Counted from the first letter of the stretch, positions 41,205 through 49,867 are shown. The stretch is 64,000 bases of DNA from an uncultured virus (IMG/VR IMGVR_UViG_3300030085_003517) (IMGVR_UViG_3300030085_003517), one strand, 5' to 3'. Notes: a model not told the origin generated them from the letters alone. Numbers and translations: made by a program.

Positions 41205-44200
41205 TTACTCCGTGATGTCAAAGGGATTTCCGTAGCTTGCTACAGTTTGTGCCCAAAGTTGGGCAGATCTAGTCAGATCGTGAAATATCTGTTGAGTGCC
41301 GCTAGCAGTCCAGTTAGTACAACCAGGACCCAAAACAGGTGATAATGTATATGTATATGTAGTAGTCGCCCCAGTCTCGGGATCAGTCTCTGCAGGAGAC
41401 GAAGATGGCGCTGTTGGCGCACCAGCACAAGCCACATGACCGCAACCAGACTCAACAACAAATCCCTTTAGTGTAACCTCTACGGTAGATTTTTGTCTTT
41501 CGTCGGGTCTATATTGGGACATATGATACTTAACCAAGTCAGTAGCGTGAGGAAGATCACCAAAACGCTCTTGAGTTGTGGAAATTAAGTTTTCCTTATA
41601 GATTGCATACTCAGGTATAATCACTTGTTGTAGATTATCTAATGCCTGATCAATACTCTTAGTTTGAGAATCGTAGTGTGACTGGTATGCAGTCTGCCAA
41701 ACTTCGGTCGCACCGATCTTACCAAGTGTTTTTGCTAAGTCAGCAGGGTCAGTTGGTTTCTTTTCGCGGATTGCTTCTCTAAGAGTGTCAACAACATTCT
41801 TACTATACCTAGACTGTGGTAGTTGAATGCGGCGTTGCAACTCAGGATCCTTCAATTGCTCGGAGGGATCTTGCCTAATAAATTGTTTAAAATCACCACC
41901 AACACGATCAACCTGCATCTGATTGACAAAATCTGGGTCTAGTCCGCCTTTACGCATCGCCTCTCGCTGCCTGTCAACGATCTCATCACCCAGTTTCTTC
42001 TCAGATCCATCCGCTGCAGTGTATTCAGTATCAGCATCTCTAATACTTTGCTCAATAGATCCCGCCCATTGCGGTTTAGATGCCTCTGATCCAGGGATAA
42101 CTACCGTGGCAATCTCCTTTCTAAGGTCAGGCACGGTAAAAACAATGTCATCTCCATTAGAAAGTCCGCGACCAGGATCAACAATTTCGATACCAGTTAG
42201 CACTCCATTTGAAAACGTGCCAATAACTTCAGGAATCACGGGACGATTGTCCTGGTTTTTGGGGACTTTTACATATTTCCGCACACCATATGTCTGATTA
42301 AAGTCTTTGATGTATTCAGGCTCCTCTTCTGATCCCACATTAATGAATCCATCAACATGAGATAGAAACTCTGGAGGGTCACTAGGGACCAGATTAGTGC
42401 CTAAAAACTCACGAGGAGTTGCATCTGGTCTATTGACGACCGTTTTTAGCGTCAATGGTTTGTTAACAATGTCAACAACTTGATTGAGTCCCGCACCACC
42501 ATCAACAATTTGCATGGATACCAACTTACCATTTTCAATTTTTAGGGTTTGGACCTGTGCATCAGTCTCATAATTGGAGTAATCGAATGGTTGACCAATA
42601 GAATTACCATCTTCATCGTAAGATACGGGGTTAAGATTGACAGGTTGATTCAATGTAACCGTATTTCCGCTCCTAGAAGTGATATATGTGCCAGGACTGA
42701 AGAGTGGACCCTTGACAGTATGACCAATTTCAAACTTAGAAGCGTCAGAAGAGTTGACTACTTGAATCTGATTGCTATCAACATTCATTACTACCCTACA
42801 ACCATAGTCAAATACGGGTTGTCTGCAAGTGTCAAAGACGTTTGGCGCAGCAGAATCCCTCAAATGGGTCGTATATTGGAAAGATTTTTGGGTAAATTCG
42901 TATAATCCACCATACCATGCACGATTTTTAGCACCAAAACCTGCTAATGCGGTAATTTGGTGATTTCTACTGGATGTATAACCTTGTCCACCAGTAAATT
43001 CAGCGCCAGCTCCGTCCAAATACGCAATATGGTAGTTAAAATTGTCCAAATCTGTGTGAAACATCCTTGTAATGACGTGACCATTGATCGTATCACCACT
43101 TCTGAGGATGTCTCCACCGTTATTTTGCGTTACTTGGATAGGTCCAGTAGCGGTAATCTTAATATCGACGGTAAATTTAGTAACAGTATTGTCTGCATGG
43201 ATGTGATCATACTCTAAAGTAAAGACATCATTGACATTATACCCCTGACCAGGCTCTACTAACTCAAGAATTTCCCATTTTGTGCCAGTAAATGACACTG
43301 TAGGAAGCACAGAAAGGTCTTGGACCGCACTAACACGCACTGTTAAGCGTAATCCTTGTGCAGATCCACTCTCAACATCATTACCTTCGATAACCAAGAA
43401 TGTATTAAACCCTGCATCACTGCTCTGCCACCCTGTTTGAGTCGTAATAGTGGGTCCTGCACCAAAATTAGCACTAGACCAAGCAGGTGTATCAATTGCA
43501 TCGTTACTATAAACGAAGTTAAAGTCCTTTACACCATTAGGAAGAGTAGTTGAAAACTGATCATAACTAAAAACTAACTTATTACTAAGTGAATCAATAG
43601 CAAATAATGTGGGGAAGGGGCAATCGGGATCTCCAGTCTGGTCACCATCAACCTCATCTGCTGTATAATCGATGGTCAGACGGTCCAGGGTGCAACTAAA
43701 ATCAGTGCAAGGGATACATCTACCCCCACTGTCCGTAGATCCTGCTGTGCCAAGTCCTGTCTCGGGGTCAGTGCCTGCACTAGTTGACCTATCCTCAGTC
43801 TCATACTTATAGCAAGCAGTGCCTACATGACCACCATTACACCCACTAGTATACAAATAAGAAAACCATGTATCACTAAGCATCAAACCAAATGACAATC
43901 CATTCGGCACATAGTCAAAAATAACATAGGTATCACCAATCCCACCCGCATCAGCAATAACAACCTTGCCACAGTTTGCTGCAGATTGAGATGAAGCACC
44001 AGTAGGAGAAGTATAATTGGATCTACCATACTCTTGAATCACGGTGCTACCATACATGACAGCATCACGAGGCATATTATCAATGTTTGCCTCACGAATC
44101 CTAATCGGTGATACATGACAATCAAACTCTACAGTAACTGCACAAGGATCAACTGGTTTACGAGATTGACAATGGTCGGCAGCACCCCCAGCAAATCCCC

Positions 44201-44264
44201 AAAGAGGGACATCAAAGATATCGCCATCAGTGTGGCAACCACCCATTAATTTGATTTCAGCCAT
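41205..44264 (-). CDS. Large hypothetical, probably structural protein (about 1019 aa) with Cys-rich termini
   Basis: Long ORF with genome-typical codon use between structural genes. Confidence 0.75.
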   Translation of the reverse strand: MAEIKLMGGCHTDGDIFDVPLWGFAGGAADHCQSRKPVDPCAVTVEFDCHVSPIRIREANIDNMPRDAVMYGSTVIQEYGRSNYTSPTGASSQSAANCGKVVIADAGGIGDTYVIFDYVPNGLSFGLMLSDTWFSYLYTSGCNGGHVGTACYKYETEDRSTSAGTDPETGLGTAGSTDSGGRCIPCTDFSCTLDRLTIDYTADEVDGDQTGDPDCPFPTLFAIDSLSNKLVFSYDQFSTTLPNGVKDFNFVYSNDAIDTPAWSSANFGAGPTITTQTGWQSSDAGFNTFLVIEGNDVESGSAQGLRLTVRVSAVQDLSVLPTVSFTGTKWEILELVEPGQGYNVNDVFTLEYDHIHADNTVTKFTVDIKITATGPIQVTQNNGGDILRSGDTINGHVITRMFHTDLDNFNYHIAYLDGAGAEFTGGQGYTSSRNHQITALAGFGAKNRAWYGGLYEFTQKSFQYTTHLRDSAAPNVFDTCRQPVFDYGCRVVMNVDSNQIQVVNSSDASKFEIGHTVKGPLFSPGTYITSRSGNTVTLNQPVNLNPVSYDEDGNSIGQPFDYSNYETDAQVQTLKIENGKLVSMQIVDGGAGLNQVVDIVNKPLTLKTVVNRPDATPREFLGTNLVPSDPPEFLSHVDGFINVGSEEEPEYIKDFNQTYGVRKYVKVPKNQDNRPVIPEVIGTFSNGVLTGIEIVDPGRGLSNGDDIVFTVPDLRKEIATVVIPGSEASKPQWAGSIEQSIRDADTEYTAADGSEKKLGDEIVDRQREAMRKGGLDPDFVNQMQVDRVGGDFKQFIRQDPSEQLKDPELQRRIQLPQSRYSKNVVDTLREAIREKKPTDPADLAKTLGKIGATEVWQTAYQSHYDSQTKSIDQALDNLQQVIIPEYAIYKENLISTTQERFGDLPHATDLVKYHMSQYRPDERQKSTVEVTLKGFVVESGCGHVACAGAPTAPSSSPAETDPETGATTTYTYTLSPVLGPGCTNWTASGTQQIFHDLTRSAQLWAQTVASYGNPFDITE

Positions 44265-44502
44265 TTACCTTTTCTTCTAATGCGGTTAGTTTATCATAAA
44301 TCAAATCTAAATTCTCTTTTAGTGACAAGTAATCCTCTACACCTTTGGGTTTATATAAAATCTTGTCAGGTGTAGGTAGGTTTTGCACATATTCCTCAAT
44401 ACCCTTGATCCTTGATCCAATTGCCTCAACACATTGATTTAAAGCATCATGAGCCATAGCATTATCATCTGCTAGGATTTGCACATCTCTTTCAATAGTC
44501 AT
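44257..44502 (-). CDS. Hypothetical coiled-coil protein (81 aa)
   Basis: ORF track; overlaps the start of the downstream gene. Confidence 0.7.
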   Translation of the reverse strand: MTIERDVQILADDNAMAHDALNQCVEAIGSRIKGIEEYVQNLPTPDKILYKPKGVEDYLSLKENLDLIYDKLTALEEKVNG

Positions 44503-44543
44503 AGAGTGTAAACGCGGTGGTAGGGGTATTCTTGTGGTCGCGG

Positions 44544-44711
44544 TTATGAGTCAACTTTCTTGAGAGTAAAACTCCCAGTGACATCATCAACCTCAAATTC
44601 TAATTCGTCTCCAATAGTCCATCCAAGGTCCTCACAGACATCATCAGGGATAGGAAGAATTAATTCACCAAATTCATCCTCTTCGATAGTGATTGTGAAT
44701 CTCTTGGACAT
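44544..44711 (-). CDS. AbrB/MazE/SpoVT-like small DNA-binding protein (55 aa), not in the ORF track
   Basis: MSKRFTITIEEDEFGELILPIPDDVCEDLGWTIGDELEFEVDDVTGSFTLKKVDS: G-x-L-x-L-P-I-P...LGW..GD.LEF swapped-hairpin pattern; GGAGG RBS. Confidence 0.75.
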   Translation of the reverse strand: MSKRFTITIEEDEFGELILPIPDDVCEDLGWTIGDELEFEVDDVTGSFTLKKVDS

Positions 44712-44721
44712 ACTTGCCTCC

Positions 44722-44940
44722 TTATAACCTATTAATAACTTGTGGATTGTCTGACGGATGGTCTAACTTCCACTCCTCCCATGTTGCTAAGACATCCTTA
44801 GCATCGTTTGTCAGTCCAGCACTGGTGCAATAATCAGCACATTCATAAATCCGAGGATCTAAAAAACCTTCGTGGCGCAACATCACTTCCAAACACCATA
44901 CACGGTCGTCTTGACGATCTTGGCGAATTTTCCAATCCAT
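44722..44940 (-). CDS. Hypothetical protein (72 aa)
   Basis: ORF track; GAGG RBS upstream. Confidence 0.7.
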   Translation of the reverse strand: MDWKIRQDRQDDRVWCLEVMLRHEGFLDPRIYECADYCTSAGLTNDAKDVLATWEEWKLDHPSDNPQVINRL

Positions 44941-45070
44941 AGTAAAACCTCAGAGGGTGTTTTTTTGCTGGGAGAATTTTTTTATATAGGCCGTAAAGGG
45001 ACCCATTCGTTATATATCTGCCTCTCGGGTACCTTTGTAGGTTAGGGTAGTGGCCGATTTTAATATTTAA

Positions 45071-45092
45071 GGGGGGCGATTTAACTGCCCCC
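45071..45092. terminator. GC-rich hairpin (GGGGGC-N9-GCCCCC), possible terminator at the end of the early block
   Basis: Perfect 6-bp stem downstream of 45118..45441; only a weak T-tract. Confidence 0.4.
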
Positions 45093-45117
45093 AGTATAAC
45101 TTAAGACTGTCAGATTG

Positions 45118-45441
45118 TCAAGAAAAGATATAACCATTGGTGAAATCTCTCACCACTTTGTTATCCATAATAAACCACTGATAATTCTTCTGAAATACAC
45201 CATCGGTCACACCATTGCAAAACTCGTTGATAATTGCATTGAGACGACTTTTGGTGGTAGTTGTCTGCCAACCGCCATCAAAAATCTCAAGAAAATCTTC
45301 TCCGAGCACTGCAATCTTGTTACCGTGAAGACGAACAACTGAGGTGTTGTTTTCTTCGTTGTATGATACCGAAGTGTTACCAGATTGCCAGGACTTGCTG
45401 TTAGCGAGAGCGGCATTCATTTGTGCTTCGATCTTACGCAT
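45118..45441 (-). CDS. Conserved hypothetical early protein (107 aa)
   Basis: MRKIEAQMNAA...LHGNKIA...DGGWQTTTTKSRLNA; own upstream promoter cassette. Confidence 0.8.
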   Translation of the reverse strand: MRKIEAQMNAALANSKSWQSGNTSVSYNEENNTSVVRLHGNKIAVLGEDFLEIFDGGWQTTTTKSRLNAIINEFCNGVTDGVFQKNYQWFIMDNKVVRDFTNGYIFS

Positions 45442-45497
45442 GAGAGAAGGATTAGAGAGCGTTTATTGTGTGTCGGGGTGCTGTCCCCTCCACTCCT

Positions 45498-45556
45498 ATA
45501 CAATACACGATTTGAGGGGCATTGGAAGACCCTCTGTGACACTCTGTCAACTGGTT
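45498..45556 (-). promoter_or_regulatory. Early promoter cassette 1
   Basis: Minus strand CCAGT-N6-AGTGTCAC upstream box, then CGTG-TATTGT (-10 at 45500-45505). Confidence 0.6.
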
Positions 45557-45579
45557 TGGTCAGCCGCCCTGAGTAACAT

Positions 45580-45777
45580 TTATTCCGTCAATATTTCCTC
45601 GTTAATTGTCATATACCATCCGATCGATTTGAGATAATCAAAGGGAGACATTCTCTGTGTAACAGGATACCTCTCCCCCCGTCCCTCTCTAATACCATCG
45701 ACAAACAATTCCAGGTCATAGATTGATAGAAACTCTCCGACCTGTTGTTGTGTGTTATCGTAGATAATGTACTTCAT
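45580..45777 (-). CDS. Hypothetical protein (65 aa, MKYIIYDN...)
   Basis: Start reassigned to lie downstream of the consensus promoter at 45802-45830. Confidence 0.65.
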   Translation of the reverse strand: MKYIIYDNTQQQVGEFLSIYDLELFVDGIREGRGERYPVTQRMSPFDYLKSIGWYMTINEEILTE

Positions 45778-45801
45778 GCCCTTATCAACCCTGACAGTGT
45801 T

Positions 45802-45846
45802 ATTATATACTATCTCCGAGGATTTGTCAAGGGGTTTGTTACACAT
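45802..45846 (-). promoter_or_regulatory. Consensus sigma70 promoter TTGACA-N17-TATAAT with upstream GTGTAAC box
   Basis: -35 at 45825-45830, -10 at 45802-45807. Confidence 0.85.
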
Positions 45847-45973
45847 TTGAGATGCTGATTGTTGGGGCATTGACATTCGTTAGGTGACGTGCTAAGACTA
45901 CAATTAGTGGAGATATTTACAGAGAGATAAAACACACACTTAGATTTATTTACATATTTAAATCTTTTCCGTG

Positions 45974-46017
45974 TTTTCCACAATGTGTTAGTTTCTTGTG
46001 GAAAAGTCTGTGGAAAA
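45974..46017. other. Cluster of three DnaA-box-like 9-mers TTTTCCACA
   Basis: TTTTCCACA at 45974-45982 (+); TGTGGAAAA at 45997-46005 and 46009-46017 (-); intergenic, next to an AT-rich tract. Confidence 0.6.
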
Positions 46018-46064
46018 TGATAGAAACTGTTTCTTTGAGAGTAATACCAATGTAAGAGAATTGG

Positions 46065-46289
46065 TCATGGAAACTCGTTTGGTAGCGTTTCATCGATTTT
46101 AATTAGTTTGTCCCAATAGTGTGCGTAAATGCATAGATTAACTTGGACATAGTTGCACTTACTATTGCGTCGTAATCTTTCCTCCTTAAGTGATTGTCTA
46201 ATGCATAGGGTAATGTATTCACTCCCTATGAAATTGATAAAACCTTTGTGTTGCTCATACTGGTAAACTTCACCATGCTGAAAGACCAT
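46065..46289 (-). CDS. Hypothetical protein (74 aa)
   Basis: ORF track. Confidence 0.65.
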   Translation of the reverse strand: MVFQHGEVYQYEQHKGFINFIGSEYITLCIRQSLKEERLRRNSKCNYVQVNLCIYAHYWDKLIKIDETLPNEFP

Positions 46290-46366
46290 TTGATTTGCGA
46301 TAGAGTTTTCTTTCTAGGATGTAATCGTAGGTATCTGGATCTACAATATCGTCCCAATCTCCTTCG

Positions 46367-46573
46367 TCATTCTTGAAACTGTTTAAGGATTGATTGTAGT
46401 TGGGTTTGTAACTCGTTTTGAATGATGATGAGGTTGGATTGATAGAGTTTTTCATTGTCTGTTTTTTTGAGATGAATAACAAGATTGTCGATGCATTCTA
46501 GGGCGTCCTCTAGATGTTGGCAGTGCTTATCTATTTCCACTAATTCACTCCAACTGTAAAGGACAAAATGCAT
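46367..46573 (-). CDS. Hypothetical helical protein (68 aa)
   Basis: Starts 3 nt after the upstream stop. Confidence 0.6.
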   Translation of the reverse strand: MHFVLYSWSELVEIDKHCQHLEDALECIDNLVIHLKKTDNEKLYQSNLIIIQNELQTQLQSILKQFQE

Positions 46574-46576
46574 AAT

Positions 46577-46849
46577 TTATGACGCATTATTCATAGAGTT
46601 ATTATAGTCTTCTTTTGTAGTGTTGTCTACATCGGGCAGCAGATCTATTAGCGTATCCTCATCATACAAATCAACGATCTCTTCAGTAACATCGTCCCAG
46701 GACAATTTCTCATATTCGCGTGTCAACAAATCATAAACCATTTGCTCCATATCTTTATAGTCGAGACCATCAATAATGTGCATCACATAGTTATCAACCA
46801 AACGATCGAGATCTTTTTTGTTGGGGGATTGCTCAGTCATTGTGATCAT
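46577..46849 (-). CDS. Hypothetical acidic protein (about 87-90 aa)
   Basis: ORF track; alternative start at 46840. Confidence 0.7.
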   Translation of the reverse strand: MITMTEQSPNKKDLDRLVDNYVMHIIDGLDYKDMEQMVYDLLTREYEKLSWDDVTEEIVDLYDEDTLIDLLPDVDNTTKEDYNNSMNNAS

Positions 46850-46958
46850 GGGGTTGAATGAATTCAGCAGTTTCGATTAGTTTGTCAGAGATGAATTGTC
46901 TAGCGTCTGGTGATTGATAGACCAGCAGCATAATGATAAAAACTAAGACTGTTTTCAT
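46833..46958 (-). CDS. Small membrane/secreted peptide (41 aa, MKTVLVFIIMLLVYQSPDARQFISDKL...)
   Basis: Translated manually; TGATG coupling to the upstream gene. Confidence 0.6.
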   Translation of the reverse strand: MKTVLVFIIMLLVYQSPDARQFISDKLIETAEFIQPHDHND

Positions 46959-47137
46959 CACATTCCATTCATAAACTCGTGAATTGCTTCGTTATACTCT
47001 TCTTCGGTATTGTATGTGCGACCGTGAATCGTATAAGGAAAAGTTTTCTTTTGAAACATCGTAGATGCTGTTTCTACGTCTTTACGATCATATCCCATTT
47101 GGACAAGATTTTCGACGTAAGGATTAGTCATTGTCAT
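46958..47137 (-). CDS. Hypothetical protein (59 aa, MTMTNPYVENLVQMGYDRKDVETASTMFQKKTFP...)
   Basis: Translated manually; fills the gap between neighbours. Confidence 0.65.
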   Translation of the reverse strand: MTMTNPYVENLVQMGYDRKDVETASTMFQKKTFPYTIHGRTYNTEEEYNEAIHEFMNGM

Positions 47138-47154
47138 TTGTTTGTTGTTAATAA

Positions 47155-47394
47155 TCAGTTGATTTGAAAGGCGTTGAGATCGTTACGATTGTCGCATGAT
47201 TCCCACACATCATAGAAAGAATTCCATGCTGCTTCGTTATCAACAAAAGAGTCAATATCGAGCATCTCACATACCCAATCGTATGCCATATCGATGTCGG
47301 CATTTGTGTCATCAACGAAGGCAATCATTTGCCCCATGATGTCATCCCAGGTGGATTGCATTTCGGGTGAGATTGTGAAGATTGGAGTGGACAT
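47155..47394 (-). CDS. Hypothetical acidic early protein (79 aa)
   Basis: ORF track; promoter cassette upstream. Confidence 0.7.
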   Translation of the reverse strand: MSTPIFTISPEMQSTWDDIMGQMIAFVDDTNADIDMAYDWVCEMLDIDSFVDNEAAWNSFYDVWESCDNRNDLNAFQIN

Positions 47395-47414
47395 GTTTTG
47401 TGCTTTTTTGATCT

Positions 47415-47478
47415 TGATAGTATTGTTGCAAATTTTGGGGGCAATTACAAGCGGTCTTGTGCCACCTTGCCAACTGGT
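47415..47478 (-). promoter_or_regulatory. Early promoter cassette
   Basis: Minus strand CCAGT-N6-GGTGGCAC box, AATACT -10-like at 47419-47424. Confidence 0.5.
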
Positions 47479-47482
47479 TTTT

Positions 47483-47611
47483 TCAGCGTAGCGCGTTGCC
47501 TGCCATGGTGATAACGTTGCCTGTCGCTGCTACAGCGGTGCCAGTGATCACACGCACGGGAGGAACGAAGATGACGCCAGCAACGAAAGCAACGAGAAGG
47601 AAATTTTTCAT
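47483..47611 (-). CDS. Small hydrophobic peptide (42 aa, MKNFLLVAFVAGVIFVPPVRVITGTAVAATGNVITMAGNALR)
   Basis: Translated manually; sole ORF downstream of its own promoter cassette. Confidence 0.6.
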   Translation of the reverse strand: MKNFLLVAFVAGVIFVPPVRVITGTAVAATGNVITMAGNALR

Positions 47612-47667
47612 GGGATGGGGTGAAATTTTGTGGAGTGGGAGCGAGGTCGCTTCCCCCCTCCGTTGCT

Positions 47668-47728
47668 CTTATTGTAGGGCATCAGGGAGACCCCACAACG
47701 CCCACTGTGACACCTTGCTGACTGGTTT
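47668..47728 (-). promoter_or_regulatory. Early promoter cassette with 5' leader stem-loop
   Basis: CCAGT-N6-GGTGTCAC box, TACAAT -10 at 47671-47676; GC-rich hairpin at about 47632-47661. Confidence 0.6.
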
Positions 47729-48021
47729 TATTGTTTACAACAACCCGCACCCTGGAAAGTTGTATTCATTGCCTCATGTATTTCTCTCATATATCCCTCA
47801 TTATTCCACAAATGTTGTCTCTTTTCTCCTGTCGGTTCGTATAACGTGCCCAACCAATATGCCATCATATCTAACTGTGGCGGGTTATGATTTGCCAGCA
47901 TGTCAAACGTTTCCTGAATCAATTTGTCCCAATCAGGTTTATCGGGTTTTGCTTCATTCTCCCAAAAGTCTTGCCAATCCTCTGGTGAGTTGGTTACATC
48001 GTCTGCCATTTGTTTGTCCAT
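47728..48021 (-). CDS. Hypothetical protein (about 97 aa, MDKQMADD...)
   Basis: Start reassigned to lie downstream of the helicase stop. Confidence 0.6.
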   Translation of the reverse strand: MDKQMADDVTNSPEDWQDFWENEAKPDKPDWDKLIQETFDMLANHNPPQLDMMAYWLGTLYEPTGEKRQHLWNNEGYMREIHEAMNTTFQGAGCCKQ

Positions 48022-48037
48022 AATGTGTAATAATTTA

Positions 48038-49276
48038 TCAGCAATAAGAGAGGGGAGGAATACCTTCGATGAAGATGGCATTAACAACGTTTTGCAATCT
48101 TGCAGCGATAGCATTACCCATCTTGTAACCTGTGGGCATGGTAACAACACCTTCTTGCTTTTTATAGAGGTGAAATGCACCAGCAGGAATGCGACCTTCA
48201 CTAACAGCAGCGCGGTCATCTTTGTGGACACGGATAACACGACCGATCGTCTGTGCCATCTCAACAATGGGCAAGTTTCTGAGCAGAATAGTGTGAGTCA
48301 GACCAGGCACATTGATGCCCTCAGAGAGAATAGAATAGTGGAAGATTACAAACTTACGAGTATCATCAGCACCCCACTCTTGCAGCGTGGTGAAGAACTC
48401 TTCGCGACCAACTTTCTTGTCATTGATGATAGCACCAAACTTGCTGGTGATGTGCATCACGTCATAACCTTTCTTGTAAAAGTAATCGAGAATATCTGTG
48501 TGCCCAAGCATATTGCCAAGGATCTTGCTAGATGGTGCTGCAACCAGAACTTTTGGTTTCTGGAATACATCGAGTTGCTCAAACATATCACGCAAGTTGT
48601 CAGCATCAACCTCGTGTGCGTTGTGCTTATTGCGGACACGATCGGTCTCGAAAGGCACAACTTTAGGGGGCACGATTGCACCTGCTTTGATCAACTCTTG
48701 TGCAGGGACATTGCAGAGGGTGCCACCATAAACATCGCTATTATTCATTCCGCGAGCAACACTCACACCGCGACCAGTGCGCGGAGTTGCTGTGAAATAG
48801 TAGCGACGTTTGGCATACTGAGCAACAGCAAATACACTCTTAAAGAAGTGTTTGCCTGTGGCATTGTGTGCCTCATCATAATAAATGGTATCAATATCAA
48901 TGCCACTCTCTACAACGCGGTGCAAAGAATGATAAGTGGTGAATATAATGCAGGACTCAGATGCTGCTCGCGCAGTGTTAGCGAAGAGAGCAATCTTTTC
49001 AGGTTTAGTGCTACTGAAGTGATGTGTTTCACCACTGTGAGCATGACAAACATGTGTCCAAGTAGAAGACACAAACTGCATGAATTCTTCGCACAATTGA
49101 TTAGCGAGAAGAATGCGGGGAGCAACAACAACAGTGACGCTACCTTGTGCAGCACGAGCAACACAATCAGCGATCATGATGTAAGTTTTGCCGCCACCAG
49201 TAGGCACAATGATTTGACCACAATCGTTGCTTTGCATTGCATCGAAAGCACGTTGTTGATGGGGGCGGAGTTGCAT
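48038..49276 (-). CDS. SF2 DEAD/DEAH-box helicase, ResIII-like (about 412 aa)
   Basis: LRPHQ Q-motif, PTGGGKT Walker A, DEAH, TATP, ILSEGINVP, QTIGRVIR; start reassigned to MQLRPHQ. Confidence 0.9.
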   Translation of the reverse strand: MQLRPHQQRAFDAMQSNDCGQIIVPTGGGKTYIMIADCVARAAQGSVTVVVAPRILLANQLCEEFMQFVSSTWTHVCHAHSGETHHFSSTKPEKIALFANTARAASESCIIFTTYHSLHRVVESGIDIDTIYYDEAHNATGKHFFKSVFAVAQYAKRRYYFTATPRTGRGVSVARGMNNSDVYGGTLCNVPAQELIKAGAIVPPKVVPFETDRVRNKHNAHEVDADNLRDMFEQLDVFQKPKVLVAAPSSKILGNMLGHTDILDYFYKKGYDVMHITSKFGAIINDKKVGREEFFTTLQEWGADDTRKFVIFHYSILSEGINVPGLTHTILLRNLPIVEMAQTIGRVIRVHKDDRAAVSEGRIPAGAFHLYKKQEGVVTMPTGYKMGNAIAARLQNVVNAIFIEGIPPLSYC

Positions 49277-49296
49277 TGCTTGTTTGTCGATAATTA

Positions 49297-49353
49297 AGTA
49301 TTGCACGGATGACCGTGCAGGTCAAGTGATAGTGGACAGTTTACTAATCGGAC
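49297..49353 (-). promoter_or_regulatory. Early promoter cassette of the helicase
   Basis: ACTGTCCAC box, TTGACC-N17-AATACT; the spacer carries a 7-bp inverted repeat TGCACGG-N4-CCGTGCA. Confidence 0.7.
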
Positions 49354-49419
49354 AAAGGTGATTCTCTCTTTGGCATATTGTCGCCATCGATAACACTTTG
49401 TACGTAAGCATTTAATCTC

Positions 49420-49581
49420 TTATCTGTATTTGTTGCACATTTCGTCGTATCCTGCTCCTGCTGGGAGTTGTTTACAGAGTCGTTGTTGTCTTTCATCTTG
49501 AATGTTAGAAACAGCATTGATAGCGTTGATGCCAATGTTGGCACCAATGATGACTACAATAGCAGCAAGAAAGATTCTCAT
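49420..49581 (-). CDS. Small membrane-anchored protein (53 aa, MRIFLAAIVVIIGANIG...)
   Basis: Hydrophobic N-terminus, two Cys; start reassigned. Confidence 0.6.
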   Translation of the reverse strand: MRIFLAAIVVIIGANIGINAINAVSNIQDERQQRLCKQLPAGAGYDEMCNKYR

Positions 49582-49600
49582 AATATAAAAAAGAATAAAA

Positions 49601-49867
49601 TTAACAGTAGCAGGGCATATACTCAGACTGAGGCATTTTGTCGGTGTGGTAGTCAGTAACTGTTGCACCGCTAGCGATACGCTCTGCCCACTCATTACGG
49701 GCGGTAAGTGCTGTAACAGTGCTGTAAGACTTAGCACCATTCTCAATGAATGTTACACGCTTGTTAAAACGACGGATCGTAACTTTCATGCCTTTGACTT
49801 CACATGACTCAGCAATAAATGCCTCGGGGAAAAAATCAACAATGCAGACGGAGTTGGTGAGTTGCAT
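49601..49867 (-). CDS. Hypothetical early protein (88 aa)
   Basis: First gene after a promoter cassette. Confidence 0.75.
   Translation of the reverse strand: MQLTNSVCIVDFFPEAFIAESCEVKGMKVTIRRFNKRVTFIENGAKSYSTVTALTARNEWAERIASGATVTDYHTDKMPQSEYMPCYC

Noticed and set aside
77..43553. Numerous 60-225 aa + strand and alternate-frame ORFs over the structural genes
   Set aside because: Shadow ORFs caused by codon bias; no motifs, RBS or promoters
45870..45905. + strand promoter TTGACA pointing into the DnaA-box cluster
   Set aside because: The -10 at 17 bp (TAAGAC) is poor; plausible but unsupported without TSS data
44941..46060. tRNA or known riboswitch in the intergenic gaps
   Set aside because: No cloverleaf, T-loop or recognisable aptamer consensus seen by eye
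46270..46482. 70-aa ORF overlapping 46367..46573
   Set aside because: More than half overlaps a better-placed gene; the acidic 3' part may be real but no credible start was found
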